The notes below the pieces were generated by a model. The model had not been told where the DNA came from. It saw only the letters and a program-made list of their open reading frames with translations, and did no database searches. Source: Chryseobacterium sp. (GTDB lineage Bacteria > Bacteroidota > Bacteroidia > Flavobacteriales > Weeksellaceae). From it: a DNA stretch of 64,000 nt. Position 1 is the first letter of the stretch; each line of letters opens with the position of its first letter. The DNA is taken from positions 1,256-65,255 of the forward strand of contig NZ_JAZQRK010000052.1 in assembly GCF_045629545.1 (NCBI RefSeq), read 5' to 3'. The position numbers and the translations under genes are program-made. Positions 47,524 to 57,570 of the stretch are shown here, in pieces.

Positions 47524-49923
47524 ATGAAAAATAAACTTCCTCTTGCAGCATACTATGTAGGGATGTCTATCTTGCTTACAAGTTGCCAAGTAAAGCTACC
47601 TTCGAAAAAAACACCAGATCCTGGATACTATGGTATGATAGATAATTTTTCTGTAGTTAATGGATACCCAAAACAATCTGCGCCATGGATTGCTATATCA
47701 GATCGATCTAGAAATACGGCTTACCTTGATAATAATGATGAAAAATCTTATAAAGAAGTCAAATTTTTAGAACCTTTAATGGTCTTGAAACACAGAGATG
47801 GCAAAGTAAAAGTTGCTGAATATATTCCAGATGCTTTGATGAAAAAAGTGTCATCAAAAGCGGTGAAATCTTATGGTTGGATCCCAGAATCCGATTTATT
47901 ATTATGGAATAGTTCTCTGAAAAGTGAGAAAACTGGTTTTCCTGTTCGTGTAGCAGTGGTTCCTAATGCAACTGATGTTATAAAAAGTGCAGAAACATAC
48001 TATAAGAATGACTCAATAAAGGTGTTCAATTCTCCAAGTCTTATAGAAGAGGCAAAAGTGAAAATACCAAATGGACAAATGGTTTACGTCTACAAACTAG
48101 CAGAGAACAACAAGCGTTTTCTAGTTGGGAAAAAGCCTACTATCGATATGGATAGTATAGATAAAGGACTATACGGATGGGTAAGTTCCAACGTAATTTC
48201 TTCATGGGGCGAGCGTACAGCAGTGAAAATGAAAAATCCAACACAGATTAAAGAAACCACACTTGGTATACACGAAGGTTCTCCAGGGAGTGATAATGAA
48301 GAAAAAAGAACGGCTATCTACCTAACGGATGTGGATCAAAGATCACCATTAGAGAATATATTTCCTGTAAAATTGCCTCAGAATGATGATATTAAACCTG
48401 ATACTAAAACTAAATATTTTACTAATATTTTAGACTATAGTAATAACTATGTATTTAATGTGGCAGGTGATAAAATTTATTTTGATAGATATAAGGAGAT
48501 TGTAGAAAGGAACAAAAGGATTAATATTGTATTTGTGCTTGATGTTAGTGCTTCTAATATGCCTAATGTACCTATTGTAAAATCGTTACTACAAGATTTT
48601 CAATTAAAATTTGAAAAACCAGAATACTATACTGGCGTAAAATATGGTGCGGTATTATATAAAAATAATCCTTGCGGAGAAAATATAGCGCCTTCTATGA
48701 TGAGTGCAGATTACAGTAAAATTACTACCTTTATCGATACCAAAGTGAATGAGATGAACTGCCAAAGTACAGGCGGTAACCAACCCTTAAGTGAGGGGCT
48801 TATTGCAGCGGGTAATCTACTTTCTGATGTACCAGATGAAACCAATATCATCATTACAGTGGGTACTACAGCCAGCAGAACTGGTAATTTATCTCTTGTA
48901 TTAAATGCACTATCCCAAGCTGAAGCCAAACTCATCATGTATCAAACAAGTGCCAGAAGTTCTGACACTTACAATGATTTTGTTTTGATGTCTGAAAGTA
49001 TAGTGACGAATACTGCAAAAAATGTTGCGGAGCTGAAAAAACAAAAGATTATTGAACAAAAGGATGTTTTAAACAAAAACAACTTTAATCTTGTAGAAGG
49101 TGATGAAGGTTATTTTTCATTAGATTTTCCCAAGCAAAGTATGATTCCTGGTTATGTGATTTTTCCTAAAAAAGGAGATATCACCGTACCTGGATTTCTG
49201 AAAAAATCTGTTGATAGCCTTATTTCTCAGGTAACAGCCGATAATATAACAATAGATCAATCCCTTAATGAGAGATTTCACTCTTCTGTTGGAGCAGGTA
49301 AGACTCAAGTAGACTTCAAATACAGCTATCTATATCCTGGTCTTACAAACCCTGTGTCTGCAGGTATTGCCGCCCAATTGATCAATTATGGAAATCCATT
49401 CTTAGTAAATGGATACATACCAAAAGAGCTAAAAGATTATGAGCCAGGTTTGGAAAAAGGAATTTTAATATCTGAAACTGAATTTGATAATCTTAAGCTT
49501 TTCTACAATGAAGTTTATGCAAAAACGAATCCAGAAAAAGCCAATTTCAAACAATCTGCAGCAATCAATGAATATGTGAAATTATTGAAAAAATATAATC
49601 CAACATTGAAATTTTTGGATAAAGGAGATTTGTACGAACAACCTATGTCATATGCTGTTGGTTTGAGTACTGGATTTGATAATTCACACGAAGAGCTTAT
49701 GTCAAACACTAAAATTAAAGGTTGGAAGAAAGCTAAAATAGTAAGAAATGCAACTGTACAGTCTTACTTTACAAATTATAAATTTTTGGCAGAAAGAATG
49801 CTTAACTATAGAAGTAATCCGGCAGTGAAAATAAAACAAAATGGACAAACATTTTATTGGCTAAATAGCTATTTCATGCCATCTACAATGCCTTATGAAG
49901 AACCAGAATATACCAAGCATTAA
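47524..49923 (+). CDS. tssR: T6SS-iii TssR-like lipoprotein with vWA-like domain
   Basis: Lipobox LTSC; WIAISDRSRN, YGWIPESDLLLW; VFVLDVSAS MIDAS-like motif. Confidence 0.72.
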   Translation: MKNKLPLAAYYVGMSILLTSCQVKLPSKKTPDPGYYGMIDNFSVVNGYPKQSAPWIAISDRSRNTAYLDNNDEKSYKEVKFLEPLMVLKHRDGKVKVAEYIPDALMKKVSSKAVKSYGWIPESDLLLWNSSLKSEKTGFPVRVAVVPNATDVIKSAETYYKNDSIKVFNSPSLIEEAKVKIPNGQMVYVYKLAENNKRFLVGKKPTIDMDSIDKGLYGWVSSNVISSWGERTAVKMKNPTQIKETTLGIHEGSPGSDNEEKRTAIYLTDVDQRSPLENIFPVKLPQNDDIKPDTKTKYFTNILDYSNNYVFNVAGDKIYFDRYKEIVERNKRINIVFVLDVSASNMPNVPIVKSLLQDFQLKFEKPEYYTGVKYGAVLYKNNPCGENIAPSMMSADYSKITTFIDTKVNEMNCQSTGGNQPLSEGLIAAGNLLSDVPDETNIIITVGTTASRTGNLSLVLNALSQAEAKLIMYQTSARSSDTYNDFVLMSESIVTNTAKNVAELKKQKIIEQKDVLNKNNFNLVEGDEGYFSLDFPKQSMIPGYVIFPKKGDITVPGFLKKSVDSLISQVTADNITIDQSLNERFHSSVGAGKTQVDFKYSYLYPGLTNPVSAGIAAQLINYGNPFLVNGYIPKELKDYEPGLEKGILISETEFDNLKLFYNEVYAKTNPEKANFKQSAAINEYVKLLKKYNPTLKFLDKGDLYEQPMSYAVGLSTGFDNSHEELMSNTKIKGWKKAKIVRNATVQSYFTNYKFLAERMLNYRSNPAVKIKQNGQTFYWLNSYFMPSTMPYEEPEYTKH

Positions 49924-49934
49924 TTGGTTTTAAT

Positions 49935-49971
49935 AAAAAAAATCAGAGATCTAATATCTCTGATTTTTTTT
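49935..49971 (+). terminator. Terminator after tssR
   Basis: aaaaaaaatcagagat-ctaat-atctctgattttttt. Confidence 0.75.
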
Positions 49972-50117
49972 GTTCTCACTGTAAATACAGTTTCCCTTTG
50001 AATACAAACATAGTGTTGAAAACATAATCATTTTAATCATATCTGCATATTAACAGTTTTTTTAATATATATTAATTTAAAATGCTAAATTTGATTATAA
50101 ATCTTAAAACACTTTAT

Positions 50118-50840
50118 ATGATGACTAAAAAATTATTAGCCGAGGTATTCGGCACATTTTGGCTTGTATTCGGGGGCTGTGGAAGTGCAGTTTTTGCAGC
50201 TGGCGTTTCCGATATAGGTATTGGTCTATTAGGAGTTTCCCTTGCTTTTGGACTTACTGTTCTTACTATGGCCTATGCAGTGGGTCACATTTCTGGAGGT
50301 CACTTCAATCCTGCAGTTACAATCGGACTTGTTGCGGGTGGTAGATTTCCAGCTAAAGATCTTATTTCTTATGTTGTAGCACAATGTTTAGGTGCTATTG
50401 CAGCAGCAGGTTGTCTTTATATTATCCTAAATGGTGCTGGAGCTACTGACTTTTCAAAACCAGGAGATTTTGCAACCAATTTCTATGGAGAAGCCGTGTA
50501 CAACGGTAAAGCTTTTAGTATGCAAGCTGCGTTTTTAGTAGAATTTTTGCTTACAGCTTTCTTCGTGATGATTATTATGGGTGCCACAGACAAATTTGCG
50601 AATGGAAAATTCGGAGGTTTGGCCATTGGTTTGGCGCTTACGCTTATTCACCTAATCTCTATTCCTATTACTAATACTTCGGTTAACCCTGCGAGATCTC
50701 TTTCCCAAGCCGTTTTCATGGGCGGCATTGCAATGTCACAACTTTGGTTATTCTGGGTTGCGCCAATTCTGGGTGGAGTAGTAGGTGGACTTATCTACAA
50801 ATTCTTATTACAGAGAAATGATAATGAAGTAGTTGCCTAA
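50118..50840 (+). CDS. aqpZ: Aquaporin Z
   Basis: Two NPA motifs (HFNPAV, SVNPARS), [15 protein letters not shown]. Confidence 0.95.
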   Translation: MMTKKLLAEVFGTFWLVFGGCGSAVFAAGVSDIGIGLLGVSLAFGLTVLTMAYAVGHISGGHFNPAVTIGLVAGGRFPAKDLISYVVAQCLGAIAAAGCLYIILNGAGATDFSKPGDFATNFYGEAVYNGKAFSMQAAFLVEFLLTAFFVMIIMGATDKFANGKFGGLAIGLALTLIHLISIPITNTSVNPARSLSQAVFMGGIAMSQLWLFWVAPILGGVVGGLIYKFLLQRNDNEVVA

Positions 50841-50864
50841 TCTACCTCAGCCTTATAAAAATTC

Positions 50865-50893
50865 AAAATCCTGCACACATTTTGCAGGATTTT
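50865..50893. terminator. Bidirectional terminator
   Basis: aaaatcctgca...tgcaggatttt. Confidence 0.7.
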
Positions 50894-50897
50894 TGTT

Positions 50898-51440
50898 TTA
50901 TTTAAAATTACCTTCGAATGGACTTTTCAAAATCAGCTCTGTGGTTTTAGATTTTAGTTCTAATTTTTTGTTCAAGAAATTAAATGCCAATTTTCTTAGA
51001 AAAAGGTCCTTGTCATTAAGCTTCCAAAAAGAATCTGTGTGTAAGATTTTCGGCTCTCTGATGATTTCAAATTCTGTTTTCCAATGGTCTTCATCATGAT
51101 AAAATTCTATAATTCCGCAATGTTCAGGTATTTCAGAATGGTCTATGAGCCCCATGGGCAACAAAAAGCTAAAAGCATTACAAACGTAGTCGCCAGAAGA
51201 TATTTTATGGTGTTTAAGGTATTTTTGTCCTGTACTTGCGTTTAAATAAGATTTTTTAAAATCATTTTTAAAGTCGCTTTTAGTAAATTTTATCTCAATT
51301 TCGTGGCTCATACCTTCCGCATTGATGATTAAAATATCTGCTTCCCAATCTGAATGATAATGGTTGCTCAGTACAATATCTTTATCAAAACTGCATTGGG
51401 TACGGAAATAAGCGTTAGTAAGCTCTTCTATCTTCAACAT
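50898..51440 (-). CDS. Hypothetical PD-(D/E)xK nuclease-like protein (MmcB-like)
   Basis: EADIL...EIEIKFTKSDFKNDFKK; IPEHCGII. Confidence 0.6.
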   Translation of the reverse strand: MLKIEELTNAYFRTQCSFDKDIVLSNHYHSDWEADILIINAEGMSHEIEIKFTKSDFKNDFKKSYLNASTGQKYLKHHKISSGDYVCNAFSFLLPMGLIDHSEIPEHCGIIEFYHDEDHWKTEFEIIREPKILHTDSFWKLNDKDLFLRKLAFNFLNKKLELKSKTTELILKSPFEGNFK

Positions 51441-51469
51441 GGTAGATGAATATTAAATAATTGATAATT

Positions 51470-52459
51470 CTAGCTTACCAACAGACTACAACCTCGAACA
51501 TCAGAATGATCAATACGTCCTAAAACCTGAAATTGTTTTTTCTCTTCATCAACAATTTTACCCAAATCCTGAGTAGCAATAAAGGCGCAAGAATGTTTGT
51601 TGGCTAGATCTATGATGTTTACAGCACCCGTTTTATTTACACCTTCATAACTAAAAGGATCCTCCACATTTCTTATCAAAATACGCATCCAGTTGGGACA
51701 TTGATAGATGTTTTCTCCCATAGAGTAAGCCTGCGAAAGTAACTCCGTCATCGAATATTCTGAATATATTCTTTCAGTTTTAAAACCGTTTTTCAAAATA
51801 TCTAATAATTCATCTTTGGTCATTTCTTCTTTTCTTCCCTTCATTCCACCAGTTTCTATGATGGTAAGATTTTCAGAAGATTCTAGTGATAGATTATGCT
51901 CTTTTACGGTTTCCAAAAAATCCAATAGAGCGAAAGAAACCCCAAATAGAATCACTTTTTTATCCTTTAATTTTTTGAGTAGCAGATGTAATTCTTCATG
52001 ATTATAAAGAAAATATCCGTTTTCTGGGCGATCAGATTTTTTCATTAGAAAATCTACCATATAAATTAATGATGAATTTTGCTTTTCCAAATAACTAGGC
52101 AAAAGTCCTAAAAAAATAAAATCTTCTGGTTTACCAATAAACTGGTGGAAGCTTTTGTAGATACTTTCTTCATAGAAATCTGCATCAGAAATATAATGCT
52201 TGGATAAGTTCATTTGTGTAGTTCCAGAGCTCTGAAAATACAAGTCAGGTTGAAAATTTTGGTCTACTACCTTATGATTTTTAAACATTTCAATCGGCAA
52301 AAAAGGTATTTTTTCAATAGAATTTATTTTGCTAGCATTTACCTTTAGATAATCTACAAACTTTCTATAGATCTCTATATTTTCATATTGATATCTAAAA
52401 GTAGCCAACGCTAGACTTTCAAAATCTTGCTCGGTTTGTATGTCGAATATATTTTTCAA
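51470..52459 (-). CDS. LuxE/PaaK-family acyl-protein synthetase
   Basis: FQSSGTT, ETGGMKG, SEYSMTELLSQ, ATQDLG, GRIDHSDVRGCS. Confidence 0.88.
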   Translation of the reverse strand: MKNIFDIQTEQDFESLALATFRYQYENIEIYRKFVDYLKVNASKINSIEKIPFLPIEMFKNHKVVDQNFQPDLYFQSSGTTQMNLSKHYISDADFYEESIYKSFHQFIGKPEDFIFLGLLPSYLEKQNSSLIYMVDFLMKKSDRPENGYFLYNHEELHLLLKKLKDKKVILFGVSFALLDFLETVKEHNLSLESSENLTIIETGGMKGRKEEMTKDELLDILKNGFKTERIYSEYSMTELLSQAYSMGENIYQCPNWMRILIRNVEDPFSYEGVNKTGAVNIIDLANKHSCAFIATQDLGKIVDEEKKQFQVLGRIDHSDVRGCSLLVS

Positions 52460-52517
52460 TTCTTTATTTTTGTGTTGAATAGAATTTTATTTGAAACATA
52501 TCTTTGAGATAAAAAAA

Positions 52518-53288
52518 TTAGTTCTCGAAAGTTTTTAGTTCAAACTCATTTTGGAAAACCCCATACGTGAAGTAAGAAATCCAATCTCCAAGATTGATGT
52601 ACTTTGCGTTTTTTTCTAAATTTAATATCATGGGTAAGTGACGATGTCCATAGATAAAATAGTCTATGGAAAGTGTTTCTAGCTTCTTTTTGGAATATAC
52701 AATAAGGAATTCCTTGTCTTCACCCAAAAATTCTTTGTCCTCATCACCCGATATCATTTTATTTTTTTGCGATAGATACAAGGCTAGCCTCATGGAGATA
52801 TCTGGATGCAACCACTTGAAAAACCACTTGGCAATCGGATTTGTAAAAACTTTTTTCATCCTTTTATATCCCTTGTCACCTGGTCCCAAACCGTCACCAT
52901 GTGCTAATAGAAACTGTTTTCCTGCAATCTCGAAAAATTGTTTTTTATAGAACACAGTGCATCCAATTTCCTCCTCTAGGTAATCCTTCATCCACAAATC
53001 GTGGTTCCCCACAAAGAAATAGATTTGTATTCCGGCATCTTTTAGCTCTGCAATTTTGCCCAATACGCGCACATACCCTTTTGGGATTACATGGCTCCAC
53101 TCGTGCCAAAAATCGAATAAATCGCCCATCAAAAAAAGCACCTGAGCATCTTTTTTGATCTCGTTCATCCATCGGATAAAGCGCTCTTCGCGCACCTTAC
53201 TTTCTTTGGGGCTTGGCGCACCAAAATGTTGATCTGATGCAAAATATACTTTTTTTCCGGGTTGTAGATGAATCGTCGTTTTCAGCAC
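52518..53288 (-). CDS. lpxH: UDP-2,3-diacylglucosamine diphosphatase
   Basis: SDQH, MGDLFD, GNHD, HGD, GHRH, NLGDW metallophosphoesterase motifs. Confidence 0.88.
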   Translation of the reverse strand: MLKTTIHLQPGKKVYFASDQHFGAPSPKESKVREERFIRWMNEIKKDAQVLFLMGDLFDFWHEWSHVIPKGYVRVLGKIAELKDAGIQIYFFVGNHDLWMKDYLEEEIGCTVFYKKQFFEIAGKQFLLAHGDGLGPGDKGYKRMKKVFTNPIAKWFFKWLHPDISMRLALYLSQKNKMISGDEDKEFLGEDKEFLIVYSKKKLETLSIDYFIYGHRHLPMILNLEKNAKYINLGDWISYFTYGVFQNEFELKTFEN

Positions 53289-53309
53289 GCTAAATAATTA
53301 AGATAGATA

Positions 53310-53756
53310 TTAATGATTATCTTCTGCAAACCATTCTCCATAAGAATTCTCAGTCTCATGAAGTTTTAGATAAGCCAATGAAACATCAGCCGGAAGCTTA
53401 GATTTTATTTTTGCAGCAATAGCATAAAGCATATTTTCGCAAGTGGGTTGAAAGTTGCAATAGATTACTTTTTGCCCTCTATTTTCTAGATCTTCTCCAA
53501 TTTCCTTGTGTGGAGATAGGCCATTAATAAGAACAGAATGATCCCAAACATCTACAATCTCAGCATTTACAATAGACTTTATATCGCCAAAATCTAAAAC
53601 CATTCCGTTTTTAGGGTTGTCCAAATCGTGTACAGGTTTACCTTTTACCGTTACAAACAGTTTGTAGGAGTGTCCGTGCATATTTTTACATTTCCCATCA
53701 TAATTATACAGCACATGAGCTGTCTCGAAGGTGAAAATTTTTGTTATACGTATCAT
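53310..53756 (-). CDS. queD: 6-carboxy-5,6,7,8-tetrahydropterin synthase
   Basis: FETAH, CKNMHGHSY, DFG, WDH, PTCEN, ET. Confidence 0.9.
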   Translation of the reverse strand: MIRITKIFTFETAHVLYNYDGKCKNMHGHSYKLFVTVKGKPVHDLDNPKNGMVLDFGDIKSIVNAEIVDVWDHSVLINGLSPHKEIGEDLENRGQKVIYCNFQPTCENMLYAIAAKIKSKLPADVSLAYLKLHETENSYGEWFAEDNH

Positions 53757-53812
53757 ATGACAAAGGTAAGAATTTGATATGGGTTTGAAAAGAGAAACTG
53801 GATTTGAAAATT

Positions 53813-53904
53813 AACCCCGATTGCAATGGAAATCCTTTTTTATGGTAAAATAGTGATTTTCCATCTCTAACGTTGATAAAAAAAATTGAAATGAAAAGCG
53901 GGAT
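53813..53904 (+). ncRNA. Probable Flavo-1 RNA motif / Flavobacterial structured repeat
   Basis: aaccccgattgcaatggaaatcctttttt...aaaaaaattgaaatgaaaagcggga; terminal CCCG/CGGG pairing and inner T/A arms; family call is from recalled consensus, not a search. Confidence 0.55.
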
Positions 53905-54191
53905 CTATATTGTAAAGAATTCTTGGTATTGTTGCTATTAAAATATATATATAATAATTATTCAAAGATTAAGTAGTATTGATGGATTTTGTAAGGTAAA
54001 TAGAGTTCTAGTTTATATTTACCAAAATGAGGTGTTTGGGATAAAATATATGTTTGATTGTCATAATACGCTGTTTTTTTACAATTGTTATTCTTATTTA
54101 TGGGCTAAAATAACCTCTTAGCTTAATATAAATTTATACCTTTGACGACTCTAATGGATACTATACACAGGAAGTATCCGAATTTTTTAGT

Positions 54192-54812
54192 TTGATGAAA
54201 CATTTTTTTTTTATTTTACTCCTTTTTTACTTCCAAATATGTGTCAGCCAAAAAACTAAGAGCACTCTTCCTTGCTACGATCTGAATGAAGTAATGAAGG
54301 TAAATGCTTCATCTCTTTATCAGCCGCACCTTGATGCTTCTAAAAGTTTTGGTATCAAATTGCTGAAAAGTTCAGGTAATGTCACCAAATACATCAACAA
54401 TGGAAAGTTTCAAAAAATAAAAAAATCGGGTAAAGGATTTCATGTGCAAAAGCTAGAATATAGCCGTGCTTATATGGTAGCTAAAGCAAAAACTACTTTA
54501 GAAAGTATAGGAGCCAAATTTAGCAAAGATAATAAAGGGAGTACTTTTACAGTTTCTTCGATTACAAGAACTTTGGAAGACCAATGCCGCCTTAGAAAGG
54601 TAAACTCTAATGCATCTTTAGGCATTAGCTCTCACAACTATGGTAACTCATTTGATATTTCTTATGTAAGATTTAATAGTACTTTCAAGAATAATCCGAA
54701 GCTAGAAACTGCTCTAGAGAAAGTACTCAAACATTATGTAGCTTTGGGGCGTATATACTACATCAAAGAAAAGCAGCAAAAATGCTTTCATATCACCGTT
54801 AGGAATTATTAA
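54192..54812 (+). CDS. DUF5715 family exported protein (M15/hedgehog-like metallopeptidase motif)
   Basis: SITRT, SSHNYGNSFDISY, CFHITV. Confidence 0.7.
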   Translation: MMKHFFFILLLFYFQICVSQKTKSTLPCYDLNEVMKVNASSLYQPHLDASKSFGIKLLKSSGNVTKYINNGKFQKIKKSGKGFHVQKLEYSRAYMVAKAKTTLESIGAKFSKDNKGSTFTVSSITRTLEDQCRLRKVNSNASLGISSHNYGNSFDISYVRFNSTFKNNPKLETALEKVLKHYVALGRIYYIKEKQQKCFHITVRNY

Positions 54813-54884
54813 TTTTAAAGTCCTTTATTTTCCTTATTTTTGCACCCTAAAAAAGTCTAATAATAATTCTTAATATTTCATTTA

Positions 54885-56801
54885 ATGCTTTCGGTTCAAG
54901 GTTTAGGTTTACATCATTCGGGAAACTATTTGTTTCAAAACGTCAATTTCACCATAAAAAAAGATGACAAGGTAGGTTTGGTAGGTAAAAATGGAGCGGG
55001 GAAATCCACTTTATTAAAAATGCTATCCAAAGAAATCACTTTTTATGAAGGTGTAGTAGTTCCAGAAGGTAATATTACTATTGGTTTTCTAAAACAAGAT
55101 CTAGATTTTGTGAAAGGAAGAACGGTTTGGGACGAGACCATGCAGGCTTTCGAGCAAATAAACGCTTGGAAAAATGAACTAGAGGAAGTAAACCACCAAT
55201 TAGCCACAAGAACCGACTACGAAAGTGATGCTTATAGCGATATTATTAGCAGAATGACGGATCTCAATGATATCTTGATGCACCATGACGCCTACAATCT
55301 TGAAGGGGATATAGAAAAAGTATTGTTCGGATTGGGTTTCAAGGCAGATGATTTCCAAAAAATTACAGATGAGTTTTCTGGAGGTTGGAGAATGAGAATA
55401 GAATTGGCTAAATTGCTTCTTCAAAAAAATGATCTAATGCTACTGGATGAGCCTACCAACCACTTGGATATGGAATCTATCATCTGGTTAGAAAATTTCC
55501 TGAAAGATTATCCTGGTGCTATTGTTTTGGTAAGTCACGATAAACAATTTATGACCGCAGTTTGTAACCGTACTTTTGATGTAAACAATAGAAAAGTAGA
55601 CGATTATAAAGCCAACTATACCAAATATCTTGTCATGCGTGAGGAACGCAGAGAAAAACTGATACAAGCGAAGAAAAATCAGGATTCTGAGATTAAGCAA
55701 ATGGAAGACAATATTAATAAGTTCCGTGCAAGTGCTACCAAAGCCTCTTTTGCGCAATCGCTTATTAAAAGATTAGACAAAATAGAGCGTATAGAAGTAG
55801 ATAATGAAGATGTATCTAAGTTCAATATTCGTTTTGTACAATCTGTAGTTCCTGGTAAAGTCATCTTTGAGGCTGTAAATCTTGGTAAGGCCTATGGTAA
55901 AAAACAGATCTTCGATGAGGTAGACTTTATTGTACAAAGAGGAGATAGAATTGCTTTGTTGGGACAAAACGGACAAGGTAAAACTACTTTGGCAAAAATA
56001 CTTTCTGGAGAAATAAAAGATTATACGGGAACTTGGAACTTAGGACACAATGTAAACATTGGATATTTTGCACAAAACCAAGAAGAAGTACTTACACCAA
56101 ATAAAACCGTATTAGAAGAAGCAGAAGATTCTGCTACCGAAGAAACAAGACCAAGAGTAAGAGATTTACTAGGATCTTTCTTATTCCAAGGGGAAGCGGT
56201 AAACAAAAAGACCAAAGTGCTTTCTGGAGGAGAAAGAAACCGTTTGGCATTATGCAAATTATTGCTTCGTCCATTCAATACCCTGATTATGGATGAGCCT
56301 ACCAATCACTTGGATATTCAATCTAAAGAGATTATCAAGTTGGCGCTACAAAGATTTGAAGGTACACTGATTGTAATTTCTCACGATAGAGAATTTTTAC
56401 AAGGATTGTGTGACAAAATCTATGAGTTCCGCGATGGGAGGATGAAAGAATTCTTAGGAAGTGTGAATGAGTATCTTGCATACAGACAAAAAGAATCGAT
56501 AAGAGAAATCTCTGCCGAGAAAGCAAAACTACACGATGAGGAACTAAAAGTAGAAATAAAACCTACTCCAAAAGTACAGCCACAGACTATTATAATTAGC
56601 AAAGAGCAAAAAAGCATTCAGAATAAACTCAGAAAAGTAGAAGAGAAAATTTCTGAGCTAGAAACCCACATTGAAAAAATGGAAGCTTCTTTTACAACTG
56701 AAAATCCTTCTGAAGAAACATTAGTAAAATACAATGCAACCAAAGAAGAACTAGATGTTGCTCTACAAGAGTGGGAGTATCTAGGCACGCAACTAGATTA
56801 A
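54885..56801 (+). CDS. ABC-F family ATP-binding protein
   Basis: Two ABC cassettes (GKNGAGKST, FSGGWRMR, LDEPTNHLD; GQNGQGKTT, LSGGERNR), no TM segments, C-terminal coiled coil. Confidence 0.95.
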   Translation: MLSVQGLGLHHSGNYLFQNVNFTIKKDDKVGLVGKNGAGKSTLLKMLSKEITFYEGVVVPEGNITIGFLKQDLDFVKGRTVWDETMQAFEQINAWKNELEEVNHQLATRTDYESDAYSDIISRMTDLNDILMHHDAYNLEGDIEKVLFGLGFKADDFQKITDEFSGGWRMRIELAKLLLQKNDLMLLDEPTNHLDMESIIWLENFLKDYPGAIVLVSHDKQFMTAVCNRTFDVNNRKVDDYKANYTKYLVMREERREKLIQAKKNQDSEIKQMEDNINKFRASATKASFAQSLIKRLDKIERIEVDNEDVSKFNIRFVQSVVPGKVIFEAVNLGKAYGKKQIFDEVDFIVQRGDRIALLGQNGQGKTTLAKILSGEIKDYTGTWNLGHNVNIGYFAQNQEEVLTPNKTVLEEAEDSATEETRPRVRDLLGSFLFQGEAVNKKTKVLSGGERNRLALCKLLLRPFNTLIMDEPTNHLDIQSKEIIKLALQRFEGTLIVISHDREFLQGLCDKIYEFRDGRMKEFLGSVNEYLAYRQKESIREISAEKAKLHDEELKVEIKPTPKVQPQTIIISKEQKSIQNKLRKVEEKISELETHIEKMEASFTTENPSEETLVKYNATKEELDVALQEWEYLGTQLD

Positions 56802-56826
56802 TTTTTTAAATTAAATAACATAACAT

Positions 56827-56868
56827 CGGCTTATTAATGATTATTAATCTTAATAAGCCGTTTTTTTT
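56827..56868 (+). terminator. Terminator after ABC-F
   Basis: cggcttatta...taataagccg followed by T run. Confidence 0.7.
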
Positions 56869-56892
56869 ATTTAAAATTCTTACTTTTGGCGA

Positions 56893-57249
56893 ATGAATAT
56901 GAAGAAGAATAAATATTTTAAAACGTACCTATCCAGGATTTTGCTTGGAGTGTACTTTTTTGCTTTGTTCTTTTCTAGTTTTCATAGTCACAGTTCTTCG
57001 GATGTATTTGCAGGATTTCATCTGAAAAAATCTGAAAATAACATTTCCGAAAACAAAACACTAGAAAAGGGCGGCGATTGTTTGGCTTGTCATTTTCATG
57101 CGACAGGCAATACCCTTGTACCTGAAGAATTTGTGTTCTTATGTGAAAATTATACGCACGATGTTGCACAGATTTTCACCGTTCAGGAGTTTATTTGGTC
57201 TCAAACCAAATTTACCTTTCAACTTCGGGGTCCACCAAGTTTTTCTTAA
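56893..57249 (+). CDS. Leader protein with HSH, CxxCH and C-terminal RGPP (DUF2946/CruR-like)
   Basis: TM segment, FHSHSS, CLACHF, QLRGPPSFS*; -7 element TActTTTG at 56881-56888. Confidence 0.72.
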   Translation: MNMKKNKYFKTYLSRILLGVYFFALFFSSFHSHSSSDVFAGFHLKKSENNISENKTLEKGGDCLACHFHATGNTLVPEEFVFLCENYTHDVAQIFTVQEFIWSQTKFTFQLRGPPSFS

Positions 57250-57570
57250 TTTATCTATTCTTAAAAATTCTCTTTTCTACGAAAAGTGTTTCGTTGTACC
57301 CTCTGTTTAAAGAGTACAGATGGACTTATCGTAGCTTACAATAGAATTTTACTTACAACTTAATCAGACAATCTTATTCGTTTTTTTTATCTTTTTCATT
57401 GATAGATGTACTAAACCGATTTTCGAGAACCTTCTTTTATGATTTTTATCTTAGAATTCATTTTCTATTTTAAAATTTTTAATTGTTGAGGTTTTGCGAT
57501 GAGGTTATAATTTTATTTAAATAAGATTTAAAATAAACGAAGCATGTCTTAAAATTTACATTCAAAAAAA

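Noticed and set aside
51470-52459. Bioluminescence (lux) system
   Set aside because: Only a LuxE-like synthetase is present; no luxAB/C/D. Orphan LuxE-like genes are common in Bacteroidota.
53757-53812. preQ1 riboswitch upstream of queD
   Set aside because: A TAccTTTG -7 element lies a few nt from the ATG, leaving no leader, and no preQ1 consensus was seen
57250-57570. Cobalamin or other known riboswitch ahead of the TonB receptor
   Set aside because: No B12-box or other recognisable riboswitch consensus by eye; an Rfam scan would be needed to exclude it fully
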